DNA of 64,000 nucleotides from Eledone cirrhosa (Eukaryota): the NCBI GenBank assembly GCA_964016885.1, contig OZ024741.1, forward strand, positions 109,492,001-109,556,000. The letters are read 5' to 3'. Each line of letters starts with the position of its first letter. The first letter of the stretch is position 1. The notes below the pieces were generated by a model, which did not search any database, was not told the DNA's origin, and was given only the letters and a program-made list of their open reading frames with translations. This document shows positions 14,095 to 27,037 of the stretch, piece by piece. A program made the position numbers and the translations under genes.

Positions 14095-14202
14095 ATTATT
14101 TATTATGGATTAAAAGAAATAAACAGTACGCAGTCCCGCACTCCTTACTTTATTATAGTTCATATATATATATTGAACTTTCGTAATTCTAAAGATATAC
14201 GG

Positions 14203-14592
14203 TATGATTATGGATAAACATTTAGAAAGCCATAGCGATGCATAACACCGGAGCTATCGCCCTCTGGTGGTGTCCAGCAGAAGCAAGCAGGACAATCGTC
14301 AATACATTTCGAACTTAACTGGCACTCATCAGGACGATACCTGCCACTCTTGCGACTGTTGGACTTTAAAGCAGGCCAGAATATATGGTTTTCTCGTCTG
14401 TGTAAATGAGGTGCTTAATCTCATTTGCATATGAAGCTTCATAAGTTGGCTCAACTTATAATAGAATAGAATTTGGAATTAGCTTCATGCATAACTGTAT
14501 CCAGATATGTATTGAAATTTCGTATTTCTAAAGGGTGATAGCCCCGGTGTTTTGCATAGCTACGGCTTTCTAAATGTTTATCCATAAACATA
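14203..14592 (-). mobile_element. Fold-back cassette: about 57-bp inverted arms around a hammerhead
   Basis: Arms 14208-14263/14532-14587. Confidence 0.7.
14295..14338 (-). ncRNA. Minimal type I hammerhead motif
   Basis: Minus strand: atcgtc CTGATGA g..c GAAA tgta TT gacgat; perfect 6-bp stem I, weak stem II. Confidence 0.7.
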
Positions 14593-14789
14593 TATACATA
14601 CATGATGGCTGCACCCTCGTTATCGAGTATGGCCATTGCATGATATACCATTATTAATAATTATTAATTAATTCTATCGTGCAATGCCTGTGCGTGAAGA
14701 TATTTTTTAAAGTGAGGAAAGACTGTGCACTGAGCCAATCCCACTCTCTGAGCGACAGTATCTATAACCCGAAAAGAAGAAAAGATCAA

Positions 14790-15535
14790 CATCATCGGTA
14801 ACTACTGAGCCGCAGTTTGTGTTGAGGCCTTTGTCTAAGATGGAGCTCACTGTAAAACAGTTGTTTTGGGATCCTGCTTTCTTTCATGCGGACGATAAGT
14901 TCTGTCCAGTGCATTTGAGAAGATATTACTAAAGACTCAAAACTTGGGCATTCCGCTTTGAAAAGGACATCCATGTCAAGTGTTATGTCTAGCCCTCTTG
15001 TTGTATATGCGTCTTCGACATTTCTGCTGAGCTCGAGCAATTTGATATGTTTATGGAATAGTGTCTAGGTTTCGGAGGAGAATAAAATAGCAGACAGAAC
15101 ACACACACACACACCTTGGTATTGTTGGTAATGTTGCGATTAGCCCAAACTCTCTTTTCCAATTTTCCGAAAGCAACAGAGGCCTTCTGGGTGCGCAGAT
15201 GTATTTCAGCATCCAAGGAGCCATCATTTGATAGTGTGCTACCCATGTAGACAAACGTTTCTACTATTCCAAACTAGATTCCATCAACCATAATATTGGG
15301 TTCAGTTTATGGTTCACCAGGAGCAAGGGTAAATATAACTTTGTTCTTTTTAAAACTCATTGTAAGCCCAAATGCTGCACACGAGGATGAGAAATGGTCC
15401 ATAATGTGCTGCTTGTCAGCTTCTGTGTGTGCTAGGAAGTCAGCGTCTTCGGCGTAAAGGTCTCTGATCAAAGCTTGAAACGTTTTTGTTTTGGCCTTTA
15501 ACCTTCTTAAGTAAAAAAACATTTCCGGTAGTTCT
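14790..15535 (-). pseudogene. RTE-clade LINE reverse transcriptase fragment, frameshifted
   Basis: LRRLKAKTK..IRDLYAEDADFLAHTE..FGLTMS; YMGSTLSNDGSLDAEIHLRTQKASVAFGKL; W..LIVRMKESRIPKQLFYSEL. Confidence 0.85.
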
Positions 15536-15544
15536 TCTCCCAGT

Positions 15545-15850
15545 GCATTTGCTAAAAGGTGGGGGAATGTAGCGAGAAATGGCCCGCATGAATGGGCTTA
15601 CTCTGAGCATACGCCTGTAGACTGGTTAATTGGTGGAGCAGAGGGGTGCACTCAAAGCGTCGGGTGTTTCTGGATTCGTGGAGTACATGAGTCGCCCTTG
15701 GGTGGTTGCCCCACCCCCGTTTGGTATTTGATTTGTTATATTTTTTATATATTTTATATTTTTGTACATTGTTAATTGTTTTTGTTATTGTGACAGGGGT
15801 CTTTGTATTGTCCCTTATATATCAGCCCTTGTGGCCAATAAATGAAATCA
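15545..15850 (+). mobile_element. 3' end of Tx1/L1-like LINE (related to 28451-29160)
   Basis: aaaaggtggg..gtagcgaga..atggcccgcatgaatggg..ctgtag and cccttgtggccaataaa tail match 28860-29160. Confidence 0.7.
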
Positions 15851-15961
15851 TTATTATTATTGTTATTAACATGTATAGTGTTGTTATATATATGTTTTTC
15901 ATCGTTTTTACTGATTTTGTTGTTCTTACAAACTGCTGTTGGTCTTTTCTCTATGATGTAT

Positions 15962-16036
<75 letters not shown>
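15962..16036. repeat. (GTA)n microsatellite
   Basis: Pure tandem array. Confidence 0.95.
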
Positions 16037-16370
16037 ATGTTTTCACTGATTCAACCGTTAGTAACCTGTTTGTTTCCTCTCATCCGCTAATAACTATTAT
16101 TGGTGCCAAATTATTTCCGTGAACCTAATATAGTCACCTATATATTTATCTCCTTGCCTGTGTGTATGTCGTCTGACTGTACCACTTCTACTCCCACCTC
16201 ATCCGTCACTTCTTTTTATATGTATTTATATATGTGCATGTATATATAACATATATATGTGTATATGGATTGATAGATGGATGGATGAATGGATGGACGC
16301 TTGTTTGTCTAGGTAGCTTCCAACCTGGATCTGTCTCCAGATTATTCTAACCCCCCCCCCTCTTTCTTAT

Positions 16371-16437
<67 letters not shown>

Positions 16438-16709
16438 ATAAATAGATAGATGGATAGATAGATGGATAGATAGATAGGTAGATAGTTAGATACATAGATT
16501 TCTTTCTCGCTGTATCATCGTGAACATAGTACAGTTTGAACTTGCCTCCATTACAAAATCACATTCGTTTTTACATATAGAAAAAGTGCTGCGTTACATA
16601 TTTCACTATGGATAATTTGCCTAAAACGAGTTCTATCAAATATATTAATGAATCCAATAGTATGAGTTTGGGCAATTGATTCAAACGCTGAAAAATATAA
16701 ATAATAATA

Positions 16710-17017
16710 ATTGTTTCTACTTTTGGCACAAGGCCAGCAATTATCTCAGTGTATTACTGGTACTTTATTTTATCGACCCCGTAATATAAATAATAATAAT
16801 GATTTCTAGTATAGGCACAAGGCCAGTAATTTGGGGGCAGAGGAAAGTCGACTAAATCGACTCCAGTACGTTATTGATGCTTTATTTTATCGACCCCGTA
16901 AGGATGAAAGGCAAAGTTAACCTCGGCGGGATTTGAACTCAGACAGTAAAGGGCCGTAACTTTATGCTGCAAAGCATGGTGTCCAACTCTCTACCGATAC
17001 TGCCAATCCACTGCCCT
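16710..17017 (-). mobile_element. SINE family A full copy (16800-17017) plus adjacent 3' fragment (16710-16783)
   Basis: Reverse complement closely matches 13906-14094. Confidence 0.85.
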
Positions 17018-17039
17018 AATATAAATATAAATAATAATG

Positions 17040-17270
17040 ATGAAAATTATTGTGCACATATCTCAGGTGCACTACAACTTATCACAGGTGCATGTATAGT
17101 ACACAGAATAATGTAAAAATGTCAGGAAAGTGAACAGTATATGAGTCATGATACACACACAGACACACACACACATGCGTGTGTTTGTATGGAGGGGGAA
17201 TATCAAGTGTAGAGTTGGCGAATTTCGGGAAGCATGGAAGTTTTGAAGGATGCAGTGTCTTAACAACTGT
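17040..17270 (-). mobile_element. 3' end of a CR1/L2-like LINE
   Basis: Minus frame SC*DTASFKTSMLPEIRQLYT* resembles CR1-type ORF2 C-termini, followed by a 3' UTR. Confidence 0.45.
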
Positions 17271-17329
17271 TTTGTAAATTCGTTGTGTACTTGAGCAAAC
17301 ATGTTACTTCTTGTTGCTCCAGATCATTC

Positions 17330-17555
17330 AACTAGAAAATACGAGCTGTACCTGTAGATTATACACTGTCATGCTGAATTTTGTCATGGGAATACGTTTT
17401 TGTAGAATGCTCAGCCACTTAAACGATAATTTCACAATTGCCAGCTGAGTGGCTTGGAGCAAAGTGAAATAGAATGTCTTGCTCAAGGTCACACGAGTCA
17501 CCCTGTCCGGGAACCAAACACATGTCATAACGATCGGGAATAGAACACTCTAGAC
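17330..17555 (-). mobile_element. SINE family B, head interrupted by a hAT MITE
   Basis: tRNA-like head then gtgaccttgagcaagaca..tttcactttgctcca..cactcagctggcaa shared with 43680 and 61735. Confidence 0.7.
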
Positions 17556-17887
17556 CAGGGGCGTGTAACAGGTGGCCCGCGGGCCACAATCCGGCCGGCC
17601 AGACCAATCAGAATGGCTCGCGACAACCGTTTTTAATCTTTACCTTGTAGGCTTACTTAGAATTTTTTTCGTAACCAGACATTGATAAATGGTGCAAAAA
17701 CACCAAATACATTAATAAAACTAAATTATATTTTATTTGTCGTTATTGTTTTAAAATGTATTCACAATGTGTTTATGACACAATTCATTGGTTTTCATTA
17801 GATTACATATTTTTTATAGTGACTGGCCCTAATAATGGTTCCAATGTTCAAAAGTGGCCCGCCAATGGAATATGTTGCACACCCCTG
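17556..17887. mobile_element. hAT (Charlie/Buster-type) MITE, 332 bp
   Basis: TIRs caggggcgtgtaaca / tgttgcacacccctg (13 of 15 match); exact 8-bp TSD CTCTAGAC at 17548-17555 and 17888-17895. Confidence 0.9.
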
Positions 17888-17944
17888 CTCTAGACTCTAG
17901 GGGCTAGGTCACAGACCAAACATTCAATCACACACACATTCAAA

Positions 17945-18686
17945 TACACAGATGCACTCGAATTTGCCGACGACATAGTTCTGGTGACAAACACAGTGAG
18001 GGAGGCAGAGGATTTGATGTAGGAGGTGGAGACTGTATCGATGTGTGTGGGGCTGATAATGAATGAGATTAAGAAGTATTTGTTAGAGAATATTAAAAAG
18101 CCAGAGAAGATTACTAATGTAGGCGGCAAGCCGCTAGAATTGGTTGAGGACTTCCTGTATTTAGGAGCAAAGATTGGGAATACGGAAGATGATGTGGTCG
18201 AGAGGAAGAGCAAAGCCTGGGCGGCGTGCCATATTTTGAGATCGGTGTGGAAGTCGGACCTTCGTAAAAACCTGAATATCCGTCTATTCGTTGCTGTAGT
18301 GGAGTCTGTGCTGCTCTACGGGTCTGAGACTTGGACACTGACCGAGAAACTCACTCAGATGGTGGATGGGTGCTACACGAGAATGCTGAGGATGGCTCTG
18401 AACTCAGGGCTGTACGGGAGCCTCCCAAAAGTGAGCTCGAGAGTAGCACAGAGGAGACAGAGGTTAGCTGGACATGCTCACCCACATTCAGAGTTGACAC
18501 TGTACTCAGTGCTCCTGTGGGAGCCCCTGCATGGACACACTGGAAGAGGAAGACCGAAGTTAACTATGGTGATGTCCTAAGGACAGACACTGGTCTCTTG
18601 GAGATGCGGGAGATGACAGCGATAATGAGGGACAGAGACCGCTGGAGAGAACTCGTCTATGGATCTCAGGAATTTTACCCGCCCTA
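17945..18686 (+). pseudogene. 5'-truncated RTE-like LINE (RT domains 5-7 and C-terminus)
   Basis: LEFADDIVL, VEDFLYLGAKI, VESVLLYGSETWTL, RLAGH, GRGRP, RDRDRWRELV; in-frame stop and frameshift. Confidence 0.85.
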
Positions 18687-18710
18687 GACATAGACATATA
18701 TATATATATG

Positions 18711-18743
<33 letters not shown>

Positions 18744-19033
18744 ATACACACACACACACATACATATACATACATATATATATATATATATTATTTTTTT
18801 AATATCCAATTGAGTTCTTCACACGTATTTAGAATTCCTAACAGGGTTCAATGACCTACGCGTATATTATTTTATATTTTACCATGACCTCCCCTTCCCT
18901 TTTGGGGACAGTGGGAAATTTCTTTTTGAAGGACTACTGGGTTTTCAAACTTAGCAGTCCTTCTAGCACTGACGGAGACCATCACTGAATATTAATATCA
19001 ATGTAGTTTTTTTATATTGATATTGCCTGGGCA

Positions 19034-19156
19034 TCCACTGATGAGTTATTAAGGCCCACTTGTGTGTATATCTATGGATTATATACAAGCTTCTACATAA
19101 CTTGGACATTATTTTTCCCACCTTGTAGAAATCTTATAACGAAACGATCGTATGGA
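19034..19156 (+). ncRNA. Type I hammerhead with large branched stem II, within an about 520-bp element (18790-19315) in (TA)n
   Basis: tcca CTGATGA gttat..ataac GAAA cgatcg TA tgga. Confidence 0.8.
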
Positions 19157-19312
19157 AAGAAAGAGAGGTTTATTTAATTATATCTCATATAAAATAATAC
19201 AACCAACTATCCACGAAATACTGTATAGTTAACACCCCAAACACATAATTGGGATTATACTCAGGTATAATTATGGTCAGAGTATCGCTAAAAGCTTTCT
19301 CTGTTAATGTAT

Positions 19313-19405
<93 letters not shown>

Positions 19406-19650
19406 GTTTAAGCAAAGAATCGCTGCTTTCACCCTTAACGGGATCTTCTGAAACTCATCCTTATCGAGCCCTTTTTGGATTTTAGTCTTCAAATTTATTA
19501 TTATTACTATTATTACCAGTAATGCACTGGGTAATTGCTGGCCTTGTGCCTAAAGTAGAAACAATTATTACTATATATATATATATATATATATATGCGT
19601 GTGTGTGTGTGTGTGTGTGTGTGTTGTGTGTGTGTGTGTATATATATATA

Positions 19651-20332
19651 CTAGCAGTGGTACCTGGCGTTGCACGGGATACGGTATTTTGGAACGCGGG
19701 CTGCCAACAGACCTAATAGTGGAAAAGTGCATGCCTGGACAATATGTAAAGAAAATAAACCGAATACTCTGATGGTTGGATAATCTAAGATTTTTCTCGA
19801 TGATGCAGGAAAAATGCAGGTTTTCACCTAAGGTGGGCCACAGGGGATCAAGAAAATGAATGTTTTTTATGTGCATAATATACCTTGAAATTTCGGGAAA
19901 AAAATGGCTAGACGTAACGCCTCAAAAAAGCCCGAAAAAGCTGAAAAAAATGAAGTTTTTCACCTAATGCGGGCCCTAGGCCATAAAAATGTTGAATTTT
20001 CTTTGCGCACGGTATGAAGAAGAGACTAACTAATACATAGTTACAATTTCAAGGAAATCAGTCTGATGTAACGCCTGAAAAAAGCCCTAAAAAGCTGAAA
20101 AAAAACGCAGTTTTTCACCTAATGATCCTAGGGATCAAAAAGTTGAATGTTTTTATGTGAATAACACTCCCTGAAATATAAGTAATACACATGTAAAGTT
20201 TGAAAAAGATCGGTTGGGTACTTCTCGGGTTTCACCCACACACACACACACACACACATACACACACATACACACATACACACATACATACATACATCCT
20301 TCCTCAGTTTTATATATATATACATATATAGA
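19651..20332 (-). mobile_element. Non-autonomous Helitron
   Basis: Minus 5' A|TCTATATATG..TATAAAA; 3' cccgtgcaacgccagg..tgCTAG|T; internal about 145-bp tandem repeats. Confidence 0.75.
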
Positions 20333-20792
20333 TTAAAATAACAGATTAAAGTTTAAGCAAAGAATCATTGCTTTCACCCTTAACGGGATCTTCTGAAACT
20401 AAAAACATCAATCTGTGAACGCAAAAGTAAATATTTCGAAAAACGTTGCAACCGAAGGAAAACAGGAAGACGATACTTTGGTTCGTGAAGACGTTCACTG
20501 GCAATGAACGGATAATTGCGAACATAATACGTCATCAATGTTCGTCAGAATGTCGTAATGCAGACAAGCAGGTATACAGACAGATATTATAAGAGCGCGA
20601 CGGAGATCGATAAACGGTGCCTAACACCCCTTTAGCAAGAGAAAATTGAAAAATAAAAGCTGTAGTTAATATCTTTAGACCGCAAGGAATATATAAATGT
20701 AAGTTTGAAGTCAATCGGAGTAGAAATGGGGATTTGTATAGACTTTGCAAAAATGAAGGATCACACACAGACATCAGTTTTATATATAGAGA
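20333..20792 (-). mobile_element. Helitron 5' portion, same family as 36854-37973
   Basis: Minus start TCTCTATATATAAAACTGATGTCTGTGTGTG; matches 36854-37120. Confidence 0.65.
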
Positions 20793-21045
20793 TATATAAC
20801 GGAAACCTAAACTTACATACATATACATATACAAACACAACTACACACATACACACACGAGATATATAGCTCTGTTTAAACAGCAGATTTCAGCCATTAT
20901 TTGAAGTTAGTCAAACTCCGGGTGGATAGAAAACGACTTTTCTGATATTTAGTTCTAAATTGAGAATATGTGAGGGTTCTGAGTGGGTTCCTGGTGACGG
21001 ATTGGGTAGAGGGCATTGTATTGTAACTGCACACCTACATGTATT

Positions 21046-21126
<81 letters not shown>

Positions 21127-21130
21127 ACGC

Positions 21131-21211
<81 letters not shown>

Positions 21212-21254
21212 ACACAGGAACACTCATATATACGCATTATACGTTTATACGTGC

Positions 21255-21285
<31 letters not shown>

Positions 21286-21492
21286 CGTATGTGCATATAT
21301 ATATATGTGTGTATATATATATATATATATTGTTATACTTTGGGAGGGTCATGTTGCCAATAAGAAACACACGCACCAGTTGCTTTCACTTCAATTTATT
21401 ATATATTTATAAATTTATAAATTTACAAATCTACAAACTTATAAATTTCTGGTTGGTTGGTTGGTTCCACAACCAGATAGTTGTTCATATAT

Positions 21493-21537
21493 AGTCATAG
21501 TCCTTTCGTCACACACTCTGTGACCTCTTCAGTGACT
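21493..21537 (-). ncRNA. Hammerhead motif in the inverted pLTR copy
   Basis: Mirror of 25065-25109. Confidence 0.75.
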
Positions 21538-21745
21538 GGGGATTCCTTTCTTTGTTTCTGTGCCTTTCCTTTCTTCTGTCCTACGCCATTTTGTTTCTGT
21601 GTGTGTGTTGTGTGCTCAGTTTGCGCATGCGCCACATCCGGGTGTCTGTGTGTGTTTGTGTTCATTTATCTATTTGTTTATTTATTTATTTATTTATTGT
21701 TGGTTGGTTGTTTGTTCTATGTGTGTGTGTGTTTTCATTTTGTCC

Positions 21746-22624
21746 TTAATTGTAAGTTGTGATGTTGCTGTTCCACTCATATTTTCTATTTAATTTTGGT
21801 TGTAATTCTTTTATGCTTACTGCCTCTGTAATTTGCCTAAACATTGCATCTTTTCTGTGTGTGGATTCTATTTTTATTTCTATGTTCTCTAATTTACCCC
21901 TGTGTTCTATCTTAGCATGTTGGTAGAGCACAGATGATTCTTTATTATCTTGAAGGTCTCGCCAGTGTTCATTTATTCGTTCCCCTATACTACGAACTGT
22001 CTCACCTATGTACACTATATTTTTGTTTCTACATTGTCCTTCAGTACATCTTATACTATACACTACATTTCTAGTTTTACAGTTAATATGGGGGCTTATT
22101 TTACAGGTTATACATTTCTTATCTATACATGAGGGTCTTTGGAACGGGTATGTCTTGCTAATAAGTGTTTTTACGGAGGTACCTGGTCTTTCTACTATCT
22201 TAATATTGAGTTTATGTTTATTTAGGGCCCTTCTAATTTTGTAGGCTAGTTCGCCTCTAGGGGTTGTATTGATGAACATTACACTCTGGTATTTATTGCT
22301 ATCATACCATGAGTTTATTCTATTGGCCTTGTTCCTAGTTCTTTCTATTCTATTCCAAAATTTGCTCCTATACAAGGGGCAGGTCCCATTTATGTCATTA
22401 TTTACCATTTTTTCCCATTTGGTTCTGGCTCCTCTATACACTCTGATTCTATCTCTCTGATTGTAGCCAGAGAAATGCATACGGTGGATGAAGTGTTGTA
22501 TGTGTCTCTCTAGTTCTTCGGGGTTGCACATGCGGGACACATTTCTCATCACCTGTACCAAATCCGCAATCAGTATGTTGATTTTGGTATGGTCCGAAAT
22601 GGCCGAGTTTCGGTGGATCAGATG
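21746..22624 (-). pseudogene. Inverted duplicate of the PLE thumb/GIY-YIG coding region
   Basis: Same peptide as 23974-24852 with three visible substitutions. Confidence 0.9.
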
Positions 22625-24852
22625 ATTATAGAACAGTATAGCAAGAAGCATAATAGAATAGAGGCCCAGCAACTGGGAGAAAAATCTGCAAATGGCTTGC
22701 GTAAGCTCATGCAGCGCTCACGTAATGGAGAGATAGCATGCTTTCCAACAGACAAGTCTAGCAGAATGTCGGTTGACAGCCTGCCAAACTACATCCAGGC
22801 AATGCAACCCCACATCACTAACACAAGAGAGGTAATACCACAGGAGCATGAGGATAGAGAAAAAGCCCTTAATGGCCATATGGTGATGTGGACGAATATA
22901 ATGCAGCCCAACAAAAGGACTGCCAACAACTTCCAGGCCTGGAACAATGACGTGCCGGCGTTGTATGGGCTTCGAAAAGACCATAAAACGGGCTGTGACC
23001 CTGTCGCGGGACCACCAACACGGCCAGTCTGTGACGCTAACATTGCTAGTAACTACAGACTGTCCTACTTCCTCTCCCTGATCATACGCCCCATCATTGA
23101 GATGTCCCCAGATGTATGTGACAGCACGGAGGACCTCCTCAGCAGAATCGGCGCGAGTAACCGATCTGGGGACCTAACAAACTGCATAATAGGCAGTATG
23201 GATGTTGTGTCCCTGTATCCATCTATTGACGTGGATTTTGCTGTGGAGAAATGCGTAGAAATGATCAGCGAGAGCAAGGTTGAGTTCCGTGGGATTGATA
23301 CCAGTGAGCTGGGACTTCTACTTAAGCTTACCCATAGTAATAGTTACCTAGACACTTATGACCTTAGCAACCTGTGCCCTACAAGACCAGCAAGAGGCAG
23401 ACCACCTACCATTACCTCAATGGCCAAGAAAACCTACACAGATAGATGGAACGGGTGGACCAGAGCCATACGGACACCCGAAAACCACGATGAACTGAAG
23501 AAAATGATTGCACATGCGGTAGGGGCCAGCATAAAATTAACCCTTAAGGAACATATGTTCAAATTTAATGGTAAAACATATGCCCAAGAGGAAGGAGCAG
23601 CCATTGGTGTTAGCATTGCAGGCGACATAGCTAACTTATTCATGGTATGGTGGGACAGTAGACTTAAACAAATACTTAAAGAACAATTAGAAGACAGCTT
23701 AACCCTGATAATGTACTCCCGCTACGTAGATGATATAAACATCGTAGTTAAGACACCCCCACTAAAGAACAGTCAGGAACTAGAGAAAAACACAATGGAA
23801 AGCATCCAGCAAATAGCAAACTCCATCCACCAGAGCATTAGAGTTACTATAGACTACCCAAGTAGACACCCCAACCATCGATTACCTGTACTAGACACAG
23901 AGCTCTGGTTAGATACCATTAACAACCAAAAACAAATCCTCCTTTCCCATTATGCCAAACCCATGATTCCAAACATCTGATCCACCGAAACTCGGCCATT
24001 TCGGACCATACCAAAATCAACATACTGATTGCGGATTTGGTACAGGTGATGAGAAATGTGTCCCGCATGTGCAACCCCGAAGAACTAGAGAGACACATAC
24101 AACACTTCATCCACCGTATGCAGTTCTCTGGCTACAATCAGAGAGATAGAATCAGAGTGTATAGAGGAGCCAGAACCAAATGGGAAAAAATGGTAAATAA
24201 TGACATAAATGGGACCTGCCCCTTGTATAGGAGCAAATTTTGGAATAGAATAGAAAGAACTAGGAACAAGGCCAATAGAATAAACTCATGGTATGATAGC
24301 AATAAATACCAGAGTGTAATGTTCATCAATACAACCCCTAGAGGCGAACTAGCCTACAAAATTAGAAGGGCCCTAAATAAACATAAACTCAATATTAAGA
24401 TAGTAGAAAGACCAGGTACCTCCGTAAAAACACTTATTAGCAAGACATACCCGTTCCAAAGACCCTCATGTATAGATAAGAAATGTATAACCTGTAAAAT
24501 AAGCCCCCATATTAACTGTAAAACTAGAAATGTAGTGTATAGCATAAGATGTACTGAAGGACAATGTAGAAACAAAAATATAGTGTACATAGGTGAGACA
24601 GCTCGTAGTATAGGGGAACGAATAAATGAACACTGGCGAGACCTTCAAGATAATAAAGAATCATCTGTGCTCTACCAACATGCTAAGATAGAACACAGGG
24701 GTAAATTAGAGAACATAGAAATAAAAATAGAATCCACACACAGAAAAAATGCAATGTTTAGGCAAATTACAGAGGCAGTAAGCATAAAAGAATTACAACC
24801 TAAATTAAATAGAAAATATGAGTGGAACAGCAACATCACAACTTACAATTAA
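22625..24852 (+). CDS. PLE reverse transcriptase-GIY-YIG endonuclease polyprotein, N-truncated, 1-nt frameshift near 23967
   Basis: RT motifs GSMDVVSLYPSI, QEEGAAIGVSIAGDIANLFM, YSRYVDDI, LPVLD; endonuclease NVVYSIRC..VYIGETARSIGERINEH..E..LN with Cys-rich linker; adding 1 nt joins HYAKPM to SKHLIHRNS. Confidence 0.92.
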
Positions 24853-25064
24853 GGACAAAATGAAAACACACACACACATAGAACAAACAACCAACCAACA
24901 ATAAATAAATAAATAAATAAATAAACAAATAGATAAATGAACACAAACACACACAGACACCCGGATGTGGCGCATGCGCAAACTGAGCACACAACACACA
25001 CACAGAAACAAAATGGCGTAGGACAGAAGAAAGGAAAGGCACAGAAACAAAGAAAGGAATCCCC

Positions 25065-25109
25065 AGTCACTGAAGAGGTCACAGAGTGTGTGACGAAAGG
25101 ACTATGACT
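25065..25109 (+). ncRNA. Minimal hammerhead ribozyme in the PLE pLTR
   Basis: agtca CTGAAGA g-gtcaca-gagtg-tgtgac GAAA ggac TA tgact; PLE pLTRs are known to carry minimal HHRs. Confidence 0.8.
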
Positions 25110-25328
25110 ATATATAAACAACTATCTGGTTGTGGAACCAACCAACCAACCAGAAATTTATAAGTTTGTAGATTTGTAAATTTATAAATTTATAAATATA
25201 TAATAAATTGAAGTGAAAGCAACTGGTGCGTGTGTTTCTTATTGGCAACATGACCCTCCCAAAGTATAACAATATCGGTTTCAACACACGATTTCAGATA
25301 AAAATCTTGCTAAACAAATTCAGAAACG

Positions 25329-25388
<60 letters not shown>

Positions 25389-26071
25389 TGATATTAAAAC
25401 TTTTATACTCTGCAATGTATTGAGTACCTTACTTACTGTGGTTACCTCCGATTCAACCCGGAATAACGTACGTATATAGATATATATATATATGTTTGTG
25501 TGTGTGTGTATACACATACACACCCAAAACTATTTACGCGGTAGTAAATAATGTATATGCAAGCTAACTTATTTCTATGTTGTGTATATGTGTGTATGTG
25601 TCGACATATGCATATCTATATGTGGGTATGTTTGTGTTCGTGTGTGTATATGTGGTTTCATATGTATCTAATAGTCTATGAGTATTTTGTGTGTGTTTGT
25701 TAATGCTTCTGCGTGTGTGAGTATATGTGTATGATTGTGTGAGAGTGTGAGTGTGTGTGTGTGAATATACTTGTAATGAGAAAGTAACATGTTAACCTTC
25801 ATAGTTCAGTGTAAACGATTTGAGCGCCGACTGGTGAGAATGTACAGACACTATCTGAAGTGTTGGATCAAACACACTGACAACGTCATTTTATCGTTGT
25901 TTCTATTGTTGTTGTTATTATTGTTACATCTTACTGAACTTTCTTCAAGAGGTAACTTTGTGACATTTATACACATACACACACTGTCTCTCTTTCTCTC
26001 CAAACACTCTTATTTCCCCCTTGCAACCTTTATATGTACGTGTATATATATATGTATGTGTGTGTGTGTGT

Positions 26072-26145
<74 letters not shown>

Positions 26146-26161
26146 TTATATATATATTTAT

Positions 26162-26500
26162 ATATTCAATGATATTAAATAAATGGAAACTATATTTATA
26201 AAACCATATTTATTCTATTATATATATTTCAAGGGTACCAAAACTTTGGTACTCTCTCATCAGATAAAATACAGAGTTGGTTTTATAAATATTGACATAA
26301 CTAGGAAGAAGATCTTAACGGTTCATGTTTTTCGTGATGAGAGAGTACCAAAGTTTTGGTATCCTTGAAATATATATAATAGAATAAATATGGTTTTATA
26401 AATATAGTTTCCATTTATTTAATATCATTGAATATTATACCCCAGAAAACTTATCGAATCAGTTATAAACATTTATATTTCTTGAATTACCAACAAATTA
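26162..26500. mobile_element. Fold-back HHR cassette; intact HHR on minus at 26213-26269, plus arm begins inside the core (GTGATGA at 26334)
   Basis: Arms 26162-26262/26335-26435; minus ttttat CTGATGA gag-agtaccaa..ttggtacc-ctt GAAA tatata TA atagaa. Confidence 0.8.
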
Positions 26501-26864
26501 AATATATTTATATATTTATTTTTTATATATATATTTATATATATATTTATATATATATATATATTTATATATATATGTATATATATGTATATATATATAT
26601 GTGTGTGTGTGCATGTGTGTGTGATAGTCCACGTTACTGTGACCGGGAAGACCACAAATGAAAGAAGTCCTCGATACATGGTAAGATGCAGAGTCGGTAT
26701 GTTAAAGAAAGTAGAGGATCTACCGCGAGCTCAGCGGTTTCGGTTAACAGTTGAGCTTCACAGTAGATCTACTTTTACTAATATATGTTTTCCCTGCCAG
26801 CAAGGGTTAGACGAGCCCATATTGCTGACTTTCGAGGCGGTTTCAGAAAGCATTGTGTTGAAAT

Positions 26865-27037
26865 CATTGTTTCTACTTTCGACATAAGGGAAAGCGAAAA
26901 CCGATTCAATCGATCCCAGTGGTGCTTTATTGACCTCGAAAGGGCGGAAGGTGAAACTAATCGTGGCGAGATTTGAACTCAGAACGCATAGTTCCGCGTA
27001 GCAGTTTGCCCGATGCTCTACTGATACTGCCAATCCT
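26865..27037 (-). mobile_element. SINE family A
   Basis: gatttgaactcagaacg B-box (reverse) and tgccaatcc head. Confidence 0.7.

Larger units (their letters stand above)
21327..25330 (+). mobile_element. Penelope-like retroelement (possibly Neptune-type), 5'-truncated, preceded by an inverted 1.3-kb copy of its own 3' end
   Basis: Arms 21327-22624 and 23974-25275 are near-identical reverse complements; 55-bp extra tail to 25330; both ends in (TA)n. Confidence 0.95.

Noticed and set aside
14258-14270. CTCF-like motif (reverse of CCACCAGAGGGCG)
   Set aside because: Single motif inside a repeat, no independent support
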